Source: Selaginella moellendorffii | Lineage: Eukaryota > Plantae > Lycopodiophyta | DNA length: 64,000 nt | NCBI RefSeq assembly: GCF_000143415.4 | Contig: NW_003314341.1 | Coordinates: forward strand, 308,991-372,990 | Reading direction: 5' to 3' | Shown: piece by piece, positions 1 through 13,618 of the stretch | How the letters are laid out: every line of letters begins with the position of its first letter | How positions within the stretch are numbered: the stretch's first letter is position 1 | The notes under the pieces: model-generated | What the model saw: the letters and a program-made list of their open reading frames with translations, nothing else | What the model was told of the DNA's origin: nothing | Database searches by the model: none | Made by a program: the position numbers and the translations under genes

Positions 1-689
1 ATGGTGCTATAATCTAGACTCCACTATGTCCTAAAATCTTAACATTCTAGTTTCTAGGAAGAAATCTAAAAAAAGGAACTACATAAAAAGACCCACTCCA
101 AAGAAAAACAAAGAAAAGAGCACAATAAAAGTATTTTCAAGCACACTCTCTATATACTCTCTCTTGTCCCTTGGTGTTCCATGGTGTCTCATGATGCTTA
201 GTCCTTTGGCATTCTCTTGGCTGTACCCAACAAGTAGTCTAATTGTTTTTGTTAGTCCCTTCTTGATTTTTCTCATCTACTAGTTCTGGTTGTGGCTTAC
301 GAACTACACAACTACATTGGTAGCTATACAAGGCAACACGCTTCTCGCTCTTGATGGAGGCAACTTTGCTGTCTTTCTTATAGATGAACGTAAGTTATGT
401 GATTCTCTATAACTGATTCTATCAAAGAAAGATTTGAAACCCACTGGAATACCCACTTCAGTTTATTGATTTTTATTGATAATAAATTCTCTCTTATTAT
501 AAGTTGTCTCAGCTGTCAAAAATGTAATGAGAATTCCTTCATGTAAGATTTCCCAATAGTTAGTAGCTGCTCCCAAAGGTGATACTAGCTCACTAGTGGC
601 AATAATTCTTGAGCCTAGAGGTACTATGAGATGAATGTTTGCTCTTTATTGTGATCTTGTTGTTTTTCTATTTTTTCTTTTTATACTGC

Positions 690-960
690 TACAGCTGGAG
701 CCAGAGTCATAGTCGAAGTAGAGACTGCTATCAAAGATACCAACATAGCCAGAGTGGTTCTCGAAGTGGCATAGCCAGAGCCAAAGCCCCAGTTGGAACC
801 GTTCTTAAAGATAATAGCATAGCCCGAGTCTAAGCCCTAGTTGGGACCATTCTCAAAGACACTGGCATAGCTGGAGCCAAAGCCCAAGTCCTGTTCTCAA
901 AGACTCCAATATAGCAGGAGCCATAGTCCCAAAGATATCAGCATAGCCAGACTCACAGTT
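690..960. repeat. Degenerate ~50-bp tandem repeat (GCATAGC..GAGCCAAAGCCCCAGTTGG.ACC.TTCT.AAAGA)
   Basis: Motifs catagc, gagccaaagccc and ttctcaaaga recur about 5 times between 690 and 960; lies upstream of a decayed pol. Confidence 0.6.
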
Positions 961-1099
961 AGAGTTCTTGAAGATGTCAACTTATTTAGAATTGAAAAAT
1001 AATTTTTCTGATAACACCACACAGTTGAAGCCTTTGTTTATTATTTGTCTTCGGAGGAGCATGAATCTGTGGAAACTTTCGTGTTTGCAAATCCTGTTC

Positions 1100-3096
1100 T
1101 TGAACCTCTTATCAAATAGGAGATTCAACAACTACTTCAATCCAATTTTATCTATCAGGTAGAGGTTGCTGATTGGATTTCATCCATAGTGCTGGTTGTA
1201 AAGCTAATGAAAATTTACAAGTGTGTGTAGGGCTCTTAACAAGGCGACTATATGAGATTACTTCCCAACTCCATTTATTGATGCTATTCTTGATGGGATG
1301 AGTTCTCAGGCTATAAACAGAAGATCAACTTAAGACCTCTTTTTGCACTCCATGGGTTCTCCCTTTTGGATTGGTGAATGCGCCATCAACCTTTCAGCGT
1401 GATGATGTTCATATTTCACGATACACTCCCATATGGACAAATTCACCACATGCACAATCAAAGAAGTTGTCATCTTTGGGAAATTCTTCAAAGGTGTCAG
1501 CTTTTTCATGTCCAACTCAACCCGCAAAAGTGCCAGTTCTTTGTACCTGAAAGGACACTATTGTCAGTGCATGGGGCATCGAGATTTATAAACCCTTCAA
1601 AGTGCATTGTGATGCATCTGGCTATGCTATTGGTGCCGTGTTGCAGCAAAATACTCAATGGGCCACCAATGGTGGTTCACACACCAGTCAACCCACTCTC
1701 ATACCTGCTTAGTCGCCCAGTGTTGCAAGGCCTGTATGCCCACTGGATATTACAACTCCAAGTTTCATCCTCACTGAGAATGAATGAGTGTTGGATCCCA
1801 CATCTTTCACGTCTCTTTTGACAACCACTGCCATTCCTTCTAGCACTGACTAGAGTTTGGAGACTACATATGTTGCTGTGCATTGCCCTTGGTACAGAGA
1901 TTTACTGGCTGTTCTTCGGGGGGATCCATGCTCGCATTTGTCAAAACAGGAACGACATCAACTTTTTCAGCGAGCGGCTAAATTCCTCCTAGTGGATGAT
2001 ATTCTGTACCGATGACAAGAGGATGGCACTTTGTTACGATGCATTGATGCAGAGGAAGCAGAGAAGGTGCTAGCGTCCATGACTGACCAGCAAAAAGGTG
2101 TTGTGGGCAGGGTATTTCTGGCCAACTCTATATGCGGACAGTACTCATTTTGTTCAACACTGCCAACCTTGCCAGCGATTTGAGGTCGTCTGCCTGAAGG
2201 GAAAGCTCCCACTACATCCTATTGCACTAGAGGCGCCATTCTCAAGGTGGAACCTTGATTACGCAGGACCTTTCCCATTGGCTTCTAATCGTCATGTGTA
2301 CATCATTGCGGCTACTGACAGTGTTAACAAATGGGTTGAGGCGATCTTCTGTGCGACAGCAGATCAAGTTTACCACAGCAAACTTTATATATACTCATAT
2401 CTGCTGTCGTTTTGGAGTACCTCATATCCTCCTGTCTGATCGTGGATCACACTTTCTCGGCTCAGTAGTGGCTGAATTGGTCCAGAAACTGGGAGTTTCA
2501 CACTTGAAGTCAAGTTCGTATTGGCCTCAAGGAAACGGGCAAACAGAGATCACGAATTAAATCACTGAAGCATATCCTTCAGAAGCTGGTCCAAGATAAT
2601 CCAAGATCCTAGCTATTGTTCTTGCCTCATGCCCTCTGATCATATCATACAATAGAGAAGCTGCCAACAGGTTTTACACCATTTTGTTTGGTATATGGCC
2701 TTGAGGCACTGTTGCCAATCCAGCTGTGCTTGCCAACATATAGAGTTTTTACAGAGGAAGCTGATCCATCTATGTCAACCTCAGTCACTTCCACTACACA
2801 GCAAGCGGAACAGTCGGTGCAGTTGGATGAGGATTGAGAGCTTGCGATGTTGCGTATTCAGATATCACAACATTGGGCTGCTTTGGCGCCAGCGAGGGGA
2901 GACGTTTCTGCCTGGAGATTTGGTCTGGCGATTTGACGCAGCAACTACACACCATGCAAAGTTCCAATCTCCTTGGATTGGTCACTATAAGGTACTTCGT
3001 ACTGTAGGTGCTAACTCTTATCTTCTCACAAAGCTCACAGGACATGCATTGCCAAATCTGATAAACAGTAGTCACTTAAAGAGGTACTTCTTGTGA
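1100..3096 (+). pseudogene. Decayed Ty3/gypsy pol (RT, RNase H, integrase fragments)
   Basis: Fragments DYFPTPFIDAILD, QLNPQKCQF, integrase Zn region AGYFWPTLYAD..CQPCQ, core WNLDYAGPFP, FGVPHILLSDRGSHF, SSYWPQGNGQTE and GPY-like PWIGHYKV; many stops and frameshifts. Confidence 0.88.
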
Positions 3097-4374
3097 TCGC
3101 ATCTAGGTCTACTTGGTATACTTAATTGATATCTAGTTTCATTCCTATTCGGTTTTCTTTTTGCTACTAAACTTTGCTGGTCTATGTGAGAATTCTTTCT
3201 GTTATCAACCAGCCTGGTGCTGTGTTGGGGCTAGATCATGCTTCGCTTGTGTCCAACTGTTGGGATTGCTCATCCCTTGGCCCCATTGATATACCAATTG
3301 GTCATGGAGGCAAGAGACAATGGAAATGGTCAATTTTCTTCCATTTTTCATTTAGTCAGTTTTTATTGTTAATGACTAAAATTGATCTCTCTCTCTTTCA
3401 AATCACTTTGGTTTGGCTTTGCATTGCTTTCTTGAATGGTTTCCTTCATGTGTGTTTTTGTTTCTTTGTCTTCTTGCACTTCATTTTGGCTGAGCTCACT
3501 ATGGTTACTCTTGGCATCATCTGCGTTGAAAGTAGGCCATTGAAGGGTGGTCCATTCAGTGTTTGGTTTGCTAACCTACATAGGATCTTGCTAACTGTTG
3601 GCTGAAGCACTCATTTCTTTTGGTATTATGATCTTGTGCCCTTGGGGTGATAACTATGAGCACCAGCCTGGGATGGAGTGAGTTGCATTGTTTACTTTCA
3701 AACTTTTGTATCTGTATATTTTTATGGTCTTATGTTGCTTTAGAGCTTGGAACTTTGAGAGATTAAGAAACTAGAGGATGTGCTTTCCCTAGTAGAGTCG
3801 CAAACTGATATGGAGAGATCTTGAGGACATACGGATGGAACTAATTTTGGAAGTTAGATGTAAGAACACCAAAACTGATATATGGATAAGTTCAAAAGAA
3901 AACTCTTTAGAAAGTTCTACCATGTAGTGGGTGGAACTAAATATCTAAGTTGGTATAGAAAAAAGGAAAGGATGATGATATTCTCAAGTAAGGAACTCCT
4001 TAAGATTAGGAATAAATTACACAAAATTATAATGTGTATGGAAGGTATTGGAGATATCTAGAAAACTAAAATGGGAAATCAATATTATAATCCTTATAGT
4101 AATAGGGTTTTAAAATGAGTAATAAAGTTGAATATGGAGAGAGAATCTTTAGTGGGTTTAGTGGGATTTAAACTAGTAGAGAAAGGGAACCCTCAAAAAT
4201 GAAACATTGGGTCTATAAGTTGGGTGATTCTTAAAGAATGTGCAAGGCATGATGAACTTTCAATGTTAAACCATTGAAAAATATTAATTTGGTGCTAAAG
4301 ATAAAAAGGTAATCCATGATAGAGCTATTTCAAGAAATAGATTATCATTAGATGAGGACATTAAACTTTGTCTA

Positions 4375-4930
4375 TTAATGTAAGACCTAAATCCTTCTTT
4401 AAAATGGAGCTAAAGTATATGGTAGTGGAACTGGAAATCCAATAAAAGTAACATATTAGGATCAAAAGCTCTGACTTGAAAAGTCAAAAGTAGGAGTAAA
4501 ACTCTTAAAGAGAGGAATAAGCATGAAGTGATTAATAAATAAGTCTTTAGAAAATGACAAAAGAGTGCTTGACACATGGCAAATATCATAATATATAGAC
4601 TAAGTCTGAAGTCAAATCCAAGTTTGAGACCAAATCTGAAACTGAGTTTGAAACTCAATTTAAATTTGAGCCTATCTAATCTAAGTGTGGGTGGCATTAC
4701 TTACTTCAATACTTCATATGGCTCATTGAAACCTCTCTTTAGCCATGTGGTTAGGACACTTTAGTGGTGAAGGTGGGGAGAGTACCCACGAAGCTTATGT
4801 TAGGTTATAGTGTTTCAAAAAGTCATCCTAAAATCTTTGATAGTGAAAAAAGAGGAGTAACCCTTTTGTTTAATAATGGTTAGTGGGACTTAGTGGATAA
4901 ACCTTTTGGCCCTAACTCAATAGGGGGATG
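4375..4930 (+). repeat. Highly degenerate LTR fragment related to the 47911-61723 element
   Basis: 4685-4835 (gtgggtggcattacttac..ggggagagtaccc) resembles 49735-49890; it is preceded by a decayed GAGTCC-like hexamer run. Confidence 0.45.
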
Positions 4931-4953
4931 GTCTAAAGTTGAGTTGAGCTCAC

Positions 4954-7900
4954 GAGTTGAACTCAATTCAACACAAGTTAACTTAAGTCAACACAGTCAA
5001 CTAGAAGTTTTACAAAGGAAATCTAAATTGAACAAATGAAGGTTCTAGCAAACTTTAAAATATTTAAATATGTAAATATCTAAGTTAAAAGTTCCTATAA
5101 GATTGAATTGTTTAAAAAAGACAAAGTTCACAAGAACCTATCTTTTATGAAGCTATATTATTTTATTATGACTATTGTTATAGTTGTCATATTTTGATTT
5201 GACTATTTAATGTTTTGAATACTTTTATAGCTGTAGATGGGAAGCAAGGAAAATACAAGATTTGTGAGTAAGAGTTGTAGTGCAAAGGAATGTGAGAATA
5301 CTAATTTTTTTTCACTACCACAATCTCTATATTACACTTTTAGTCTTTATTACCCATCTGGGAATGTGGAAACCACTATCACAATTGATAAAAATGCTCA
5401 TGTTACTTTTGAAACAACAGTCCAAAGCAAGAGAAATGAAGAAATGAATAGCACGGCAGAAAGCACCAAAAAATCTACTCCATAAAACTTTCCATGACAT
5501 TTGTAATTTACATATTAATTCATATTAAAAACTCTATTGCTTGCCTATATCGCAATCCTCTCATATGATAAGACTAAGGTATATTTTTGCAGTGAATCAT
5601 CATTAAAGGTTTTTGGGAGTTGTTTGTGAATAATAATAAAAGAAATCGAAATCTTTCAAAAAACTCAAAAGTAATATCACATCAAAGAATCAACTTTATC
5701 TACATTTCCAAGACTGAAAGGCAATTTTACATGAGAGAATGGTAGCATGCCCAACATGCTCTACCACTATAATGTGGTCTATATTTCCTTGTAGTTTATT
5801 TCTCTAAACATTTGGCATGTGTAGAAAATAATATATGTGTAGCAAAGTAGAATTTCATCATAATGATAGAGCATGTGTATACATGATAATCTAAATTTTA
5901 GAAGCTCTTATGTTTACAAGTAAATTATGATTATGAAGCCCCATTTCCAAGACTGACATTTAAAGAATCTGAGTATTATCAGTGTCATAATAAATAAACC
6001 TCATTCCCGAGACTAAAATTTAGTATATAAACTATTTAGAAAAGTTATAGTCATTGTAGTTTTTTTGTTCTCTTTGAGCTCCTTGGAAGTTTGTAATGAA
6101 ATGGCTCAAAGGAAAGTCACTACTACCTATACTTGGCCCTTTAATATTTCATATCAATCTCCACCTCCATTCCCAAGTTCTACCAACATTCCACCTTTAT
6201 CTCCACATAATAATCCTTTTTCTATTGAGGGCTTTAGTGAAGCTAAATTAGAGCTCCCTATATATGAAATTCCGAATTTTGCTATTAGAGAGGGATTGCC
6301 TCTAGCGCTTCAAAAGTAATACCACATGTTTTTGCAAGATTTTGCTCCTGATATGGTGGGATTACTTGAAAGCATAGAACACTATTACATTCGGTGTCTA
6401 ATATGTTATTTTTTCTTGGACAAGACAAATGGCTTTATGGGTTTACAAACTTTTTTTGAGCACTATAGGAATTGCCCAACGGTGGGTCTAAAAAATGTGC
6501 ACATGTAGATGTACAATAGATTCATGAATGAGTTACGGATACATACCCATTATCGCTTCATGGTGAGGAACAACATCCCTTTGGGAAACATTGCATTGGT
6601 TAGTGCAAAATATGGGGTTTTTAAGTCACCCTATAATGAAATGTAAGATCTAGAATTACTTTACTATACTATAGTATTGTCACTATTAAAAGAAAAACTA
6701 TAATAAAATCATATCACATACAATTGTTTATAAAATGTTGAAAGAGGAGATGGCAATACACAAGTGCTACAAAGTGATGGTGACAAGTGAGAATGATTTG
6801 CAATTATGATATCTGACACTGACACTAACATCTGACACTTTTACTGACATCTAACACTTTCACAAACATCTAACATATAACAAATTTTTCATTTTATATA
6901 AGGATGCAATTAACTTTCTTTTGCCTCATCATCAACATATTGATTTCTTTTATGCTTCCTCCTATACTGGTATTGTGGGGAAGATTCATCTTGCATATGT
7001 TGATCCATATCTTTTGCATAGTTAAGGAGACTTCCAAAGCCTCCAATTTTAAAAACTCTAGGTGACTGTGATCTATAAAATAGAATTAAATATATATTGA
7101 AATTATAATAAACATAATTTACCTCCGTTGGAGGCAACTTATGAAATCCTCTAAGTTGACGTTTGAAGAAATGATGTTCTTCAATAGCAAACACTGACCT
7201 ACTAAAGTCACGTACTACCTCCACCATAGAACCGCTACTTGCTGTATATTTTTATCTAATTTCTAAACATTTTTATTTTCCAGGTTATGATGTGGACCTA
7301 TCATGTCTTTTGCAGAAACACACATGATGGGTTTCGTGATAGAGAACATGCAGCACATGTTTTACCTAGGTATGACAGTTCCACTAACATCATACCCAAC
7401 CTTGTGGATGAGTAGATTCACAACACGTTTCCAAGGTACTAATTTCAAACTCCATTAGTGATGCAAATCTTGCTTGAGCTCTATTGCCTACCAAATGGTG
7501 TTGTGATTGATTGCAAAGTACATATTCACCTTTTCAGGCTTCCCTAGGACACCCCTTGTATCGACGCCAATAGGATCCATGATGCACCCGGAAGAGAATG
7601 ACTTGAAATGAACTTCTGTTGCGCACATCATAAACTCATACATCCAGTTGGGGTCATTTGGTAGGATGAAGATGACATGGCCAGCTTCGAGCATAAGTGC
7701 TTCAGACAAGAGGAATGCATCGCGCATCTGGTTAGGTATGAGAAAGTTCAAATCCTCAACTTTCCTATCAATATTTGAAAGACCATCAGAAAAGTCAAAG
7801 AGAATGAAGTCCGCAACTGGGAGCAAGGGCCTTTATATCTTTTGGCACCAATGGTTGAATTGGCACTATATATCCATGTTGATGTCGTCTTTTGTGAAAG

Positions 7901-8204
7901 ATGTCAACAATCTACTATAGGAGCCAATGAAGATACCTACAATGCCTCATTGTGTTATTGGGGATATAGGACGAACCTATAAAAGAGCTAAGTGAATGAA
8001 AAAAACAATAAATAATATTCTACTATCATATGGCATGTTGTCAATGAGAGTTCCTCTAACTCTTTTTCATGAGCATCTCGTCGAGTTGGAATGAAATTAC
8101 TACTAACAGTAATTGTTGCAAAAAACATATATTACCACCTTTAGTTTGTAAAATTCACTTTTGCTTACCTCAAGGTCAATGTGATATTCTGTGAACCACT
8201 TGAT
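4954..8204 (-). mobile_element. Inverted partial copy of the right end of the MULE-like element (equivalent to ~30826-33360)
   Basis: Reverse complement aligns by eye with 30826-33360. Shared ORFs MGSKENTR.., IADFILFDFS.., SRSVFAIEEH..; begins with the terminus GAGTTGA(A/G)CTCAATT. Confidence 0.85.
6910..7890 (-). pseudogene. Methyltransferase-like cargo exons of the MULE copy, broken by an internal inversion (~7245-7515)
   Basis: VADFILFDFSDG (7488-7826). GVVIDC and TASSGSMVEVVRDFSRSVFAIEE are split across the inversion and together resemble motif I (DPFxGSG..GRxxIGxE). Confidence 0.55.
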
Positions 8205-10079
8205 TTCTATAGACTCTCTTATTGAGCACTTTATACTCATTTCTCAAGTGCTTCTTTGAGAGTTCCAAACTTTTCAAATTAGCATTTTTGGTCTAAACGT
8301 GTTATGCTTGTTGGACTTTCATACATCTTTGGCTTTACTTTGGGAACATAAGCATGACATTCTTGTTTCCCTAAATTGGTACAACATACATATAAAAAGA
8401 CAAATAAAATAATAAAAATAGATTGGTATAAATGGCACCAGACATTTGTGAGCACATGATTTCTTTGAGCATCACTTCTCCATAACTCAAACCCATTTCC
8501 ATGCAAATATCCTAATACTTGACAAGTTTGTTAGGGTTGCAAGCTGCAACCCAAGGGCAAGGGCCTTGGGGAGTGGTGGAGAGAGCCAGCTAGGGTGTGG
8601 ACTAGAGCTTGAGCTATAAACACTTGGAAAATTTTGGACGAAAGGGCTAATATTTTGGCTAATAGGTTGTGCTGGTTTACATATTCTAGCTTGGACTAGC
8701 CATGCTATCTTTCCCACTTGCCATGTTTTCTAGTAACCTTGTCATGCAGTCCTCCATATAACAAATGAAAACAAAATTTAATAGGAGGTGGTGGATTATA
8801 TCAGAGGCATTCATGCTGGAAAGTGCCCCTGTTAGAGCACTGTAGATGTAAATGATATGGATTAGAGCTAGAAGTGTTGAGATCCACCCAGATCTCCTGG
8901 CAGGAATTATTGATATATTTCATGGAAGAGGAATACAAAGGAGGAAAAAGAAAGAAATTGAAAAGAAGGAAGAGAAGAAAAGAGAAGCCAAAAATGTAAC
9001 TTACCATGTTCTCCCTCCTTTTATGAGGATTCCTTGCCATACCATGCTGACCAAGCCTAAACTGTCCAGGCCAAAACCGCCCAAGGAAGACAAGAATGCT
9101 TCCTAACAAGATGGTTGAGATTTTTGAAACACAAATGCAGAAACCTAAAACTCTACTTGAAATCAAGTAGGACATTGGTGAGATTATGATCTATGTCTTG
9201 AATAGAGATGCAAGAGAATGAAAGTGTCAAGTTCTAGCATCAATATTTTAAAGCAGGATTAGGGATATATCTGGAATATGCTTAGATATTTTAGGGTATT
9301 CTACTATCTTATGGTTCTAGATTAATCTTATATTTATAATTTATAAATTACCTCCTAGTTTATGCTAGCTTATTCTGTACTATCTAATGGTTGATATACA
9401 ATTAGATTAACCCTGTTTTTATATATATAAACATGTTTATAATTATAAAATTGATATGATGGAGGGGCTATAAATAATCTGAAATCCATATGAATGATTG
9501 GTCTGGCAAAAGGAACTGCAGAGCAATCATTGGTAGCATGAGTATCATGCAAGATCTTAACTTAAATTACTGGTCAATTTGAAGGCTTTGAGTGGAGAAG
9601 AAAATCCTAGACAACCATAAGATAATTTCCAAGGGAGTTATGATGAAAAGATTTGCATTTGATAGAAGTTTCTTTAGAGGAAGATCTCAAAGTTTTTTCT
9701 TTAGCATGAGGTAACATCAAAAAGCTTTTGCAACATTTGGAAAGTATGATACAAAACAAAATTTTGTGTAAGTAGCAAGTTAGAGCATTTCAGAGGATAT
9801 AGTTGTAGATAACAACACCTATAAGAGAAAATTTGAAATACAGTAAAGAAAACTTCATAGTGTATTTTCCCATCTCAAAACTAGACGCCACAATTCCCTA
9901 AGGAATCCATGTGTTAATAAATATTAAAAATAAAGCATATAACTTATAAGAAAAATTCAAAAACCAAGAAAACTAAATGTTGTTGCAAGTATAGCAAATT
10001 ATTAGAATTTTACAAATGCTTGAACAAAGCTATTATGAGTTTGGTAAAATTAAATCAAATAGGTAAAGGGCTATGACTA

Positions 10080-12485
10080 CATGGAATGGAATATGAAAAG
10101 AGAATAAAGAAATATGCATATCAATTAGCCCAAAAACCCTAGCTTATATACAGGAGTGAGTGGTCCAGATTGAAACTAATTTGATTGCTACCAAAAATTA
10201 CACTAATATTAATATATGGCATTGTAACTATACACTTGGACCTTATATCATCCCCTCTCAGAATGATGGAAGACCATCAAAGTTCTTTTGTAGATAGGCT
10301 GGGATTTGGAGGAACATTAGGAGGAGGCACCGGTGGATTTATAAGTGGTGCCAATTATTCCTAATCCCTTTATATGAAGTGTTTCAACTATTGCATATAC
10401 ACAATTTCTGGAGGATTAGCCTGCTGGATGTTATGCTGAACCTCATAACCTTGTAGTCCAACTTACTACAACATATGATATAGTCCTTTCTATTGAGCAA
10501 GGAGCCTCTTAGATAAACCACGTATTGTAAGATTTAGAAAATGGATTAACACCAAGTCATCCACTTTATACTTCATAGGTGGATGATAATGGGAGTTGTA
10601 GTGCTATTGTTGTCCCACTTATACACGGCCCAGTTGTTCGGCAAACTCTGCTTGAACAAGTGGAAGAATGTTTGTCAAATATTGATCCCATGACTTAGCA
10701 TCAATAGCTCGTGGCAATCATGAAGGTAAACCCTAATTCTATTAGTAGTATTGGATCATGACTATATACGAGTTTATATGGTGAAGCACCAACATAACTT
10801 TGCACCTTTGTAACATACATATATTGAAGAGATAATAAATAACTATCCTAATCTGAATGTTGAAAGTTCACGTACTTTGTGATCATCCATTTGAAGGTCT
10901 AAATAAGCCATTCCACCAAACCATTTGACTGTGGATAATAAGCACTCGTAAAAGTGAGTATGGCATATCCCTAACCATGATGTCAAAAGGTGAAATGCCT
11001 TAGCCATAAATGCAAGAATATTATCCGAAAGAATTTGCTTTGGATAGAATTCACTTGATTGAGGAGGAAATATCCAATAGTAGTAGTAGATGCATTAACA
11101 AGAGCATTGACTTCCACCTAATGAGTTAAGTAGTTAAAAGCAATAATGATATACTCATTGCAAGCAATCGATTGTGGAAAAGGCCCCATCAGATCAAACA
11201 CTACCAACTCAAATAGATAGAAAATTGCAATTAAATCTTTAGCTAATAGAAAAACTTGTGTAGCTTCTCAGTCATATAACAATGCCCATATACCCGCTTA
11301 GAATAAGAGAATCATGGTAGGTGTGTAAAAAGCGTAGAATACAGATTGAAGGCATCATCAACCATAAATGATCATTAAGATCCATTCCTACAAAATAAAG
11401 AAAACTGTCCTTAAAGTAATATTGAGAATGTAAATGCTAAAATGGCAAGTTATCAACAAGTGATGAAGGATTCTCAAACCCATTGTGAAGCCTTTGAATC
11501 CACAGCTCAATTTTTTTAGCCTCACGAACCTTGTCAAGAGAAGGTAAATCTTGCTCTACACCTTGTGAACATTAAACATTAAATACAGCAACCGCTGATG
11601 GCATGGAATCCTTATCTAAAAAATCCACAAATGCTGGAACAATAAACTCATCAAAAATATGAGAAGAGAGTGAAGAAGAAAGAGGATCTTGAGAAAGGGC
11701 ATCAACATTAACTATACAACTCCTTGGGTGATGAACAACATCAAAATCATATATTTTTCTGCTTCAATAATGAAGTAATTGTAGCATGATCACCTTTTAG
11801 TAACATTTGAGAATTATGTAGATATGTATGACGTTTCTTGAAACCCTAAACTACTATTAAACACTCTTTTTCTGTTCTAGAGTAATTCACCTCCGTTGGT
11901 TGTAATGTACAACTGATATATACAATAGAATGGTGTTGACCAAGAACACTCAGGATCTTTTGCATTAACATACCTCCAAGACCAATATCGGAAGCATCTA
12001 TACACAAAATGAAAGGTTTAGTGTAGTCAAGATATGCTAAAACCAGAGGACTTATCAACAGCTCTTTGAGATTTATAAATGCCCACTCATAGTCCGCAAA
12101 CTAGATGAAAAATGACATTGACGATTTTAGCAACGCTTGCAATGGTGCAATGCAATCAAAAAGATGATCAACAAAACGACCAAGATACTGCACCTTGCCT
12201 AAGAAGTGTTGCACATCATTTACACACTTCGAAGAAAGGAACTTTAGAATAGCCATAAATTTTTTAGGATTAACTTGCAAATTCTCACGAAAAATATAGT
12301 ACCCAAGATAAGTTGTGTCCTTGGATCTAAACACGCACTTCGACTGCTTCAGTTTTAAACCAACTTCCTGAAGTCGATCCAACATTTTATAAACATCATG
12401 GATATGTTCCTTCTATGTCCCCTCTAAGTGGATCAAGACATTATCGATGAAGTCAATAGTCACTTCTGGCATATCACAAAAAACC
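10080..12485 (-). mobile_element. 3' half of an old Ty3/gypsy element (RT C-terminus, RNase H, integrase, PPT, 3' LTR)
   Basis: IDFIDNVLIH (YxDD-equivalent), GLKLKQSKC, PFILCIDASDIGLGG..NYSRTEKECL and integrase remnants. PPT gagaggggatga at ~10248-10259; LTR-like 10110-10245 matches 37410-37535. Confidence 0.82.
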
Positions 12486-12590
12486 NNNNNNNNNNNNNNN
12501 NNNNNNNNNNNNNNNNNNNNNNNNNNNNNNNNNNNNNNNNNNNNNNNNNNNNNNNNNNNNNNNNNNNNNNNNNNNNNNNNNNNNNNNNNN
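12486..12590. other. Assembly gap (N run)
   Basis: 105 N characters. Confidence 1.
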
Positions 12591-13325
12591 AGCCATATAA
12601 CCATTTGAAAGGAAAAAAAAATAACTATTGATGTAAGCTTATTACATATAAAAAAAAGACTTGGTTCTTCATTCTTGAGAGGTTTGTCATAGCATACTAT
12701 CTAGAATTTATAGATCTTCATTTACGCTCTTATTTCAAAAAAAGGGAAATACACACAAATGTGTATAGGTTCTAGTGTTGGTAATTTTAACTTTCACAAT
12801 CTTTCTTCCTAGGGTTCAAGGGTTAAAAGATGCAATAATTATCCCATTGCACAGTATAACCAAACCACATAAGAGAATTATAGAGAGGATAATGAGGATA
12901 GTGATCATGAGTTGGAGATATATGCAATGACAAAGGGTGCAACAAATTGGGTGAAAAAAAATGCCCTTTTACTTGTTTTAGAAAAGTGCAATTCTACCAT
13001 TTTCAAGAAATGCTTTATATATTTTCTAATGTTTGGTGGAAACAATGGTGACGATCAGTATAATAGTATATATGTTCTCGCAACACATTGCAACATCACG
13101 CATCCAAAAGATTACCATGAAATCTTTTTTGAGATGGTAAAGATAAAAATGGAGAAACATGAGTACTATGGGTAGTATTGCGAAAAGAACACTTAGAAGT
13201 ATATAAAATGAAAAGTGAAATAAAAAAATGTCTTTTTACTAATTATATAAAGTATAATAAGTTTATATTATTGATAGAGAATAAACATTGATAGTATTAG
13301 AGAAATCTAGTTAGCTAAAATAAAC

Positions 13326-13598
13326 TTGGCTCAAACACTTGAGTGTGAGATTCTCTCCACAAAGTGTATCACTATGCTTGCAAAGGAGTACATAGTCAAA
13401 ATAGAAGGTGGAGAGTACACAATTGCCATTCAAGACTTTCCTTTTTGCACATGTCCAAACTTTACGAACTGCAAGGAACATGGGAAGGCATATACTCCTT
13501 GCAAGCATACGTATTATATCTTTATCAACATCTTGCACCAAGATCTTAAAGTGGATATTCATATATACCAAGCAAACTTTACTATTGCCGAGTTGTAG
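13326..13598 (+). pseudogene. SWIM zinc-finger exon of the MULE transposase, locally inverted
   Basis: FCTCPNF..PCKHTYY (CxC..CxH). The homologous segment at 62830-63025 is on the minus strand, like the rest of the transposase. Confidence 0.8.
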
Positions 13599-13618
13599 AA
13601 AACTTTTGGACCTTGCTT

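Noticed and set aside
8852-9106. Lys/Glu-rich ORF as a host gene
   Set aside because: Short, low-complexity, with no motif or supported exon structure.
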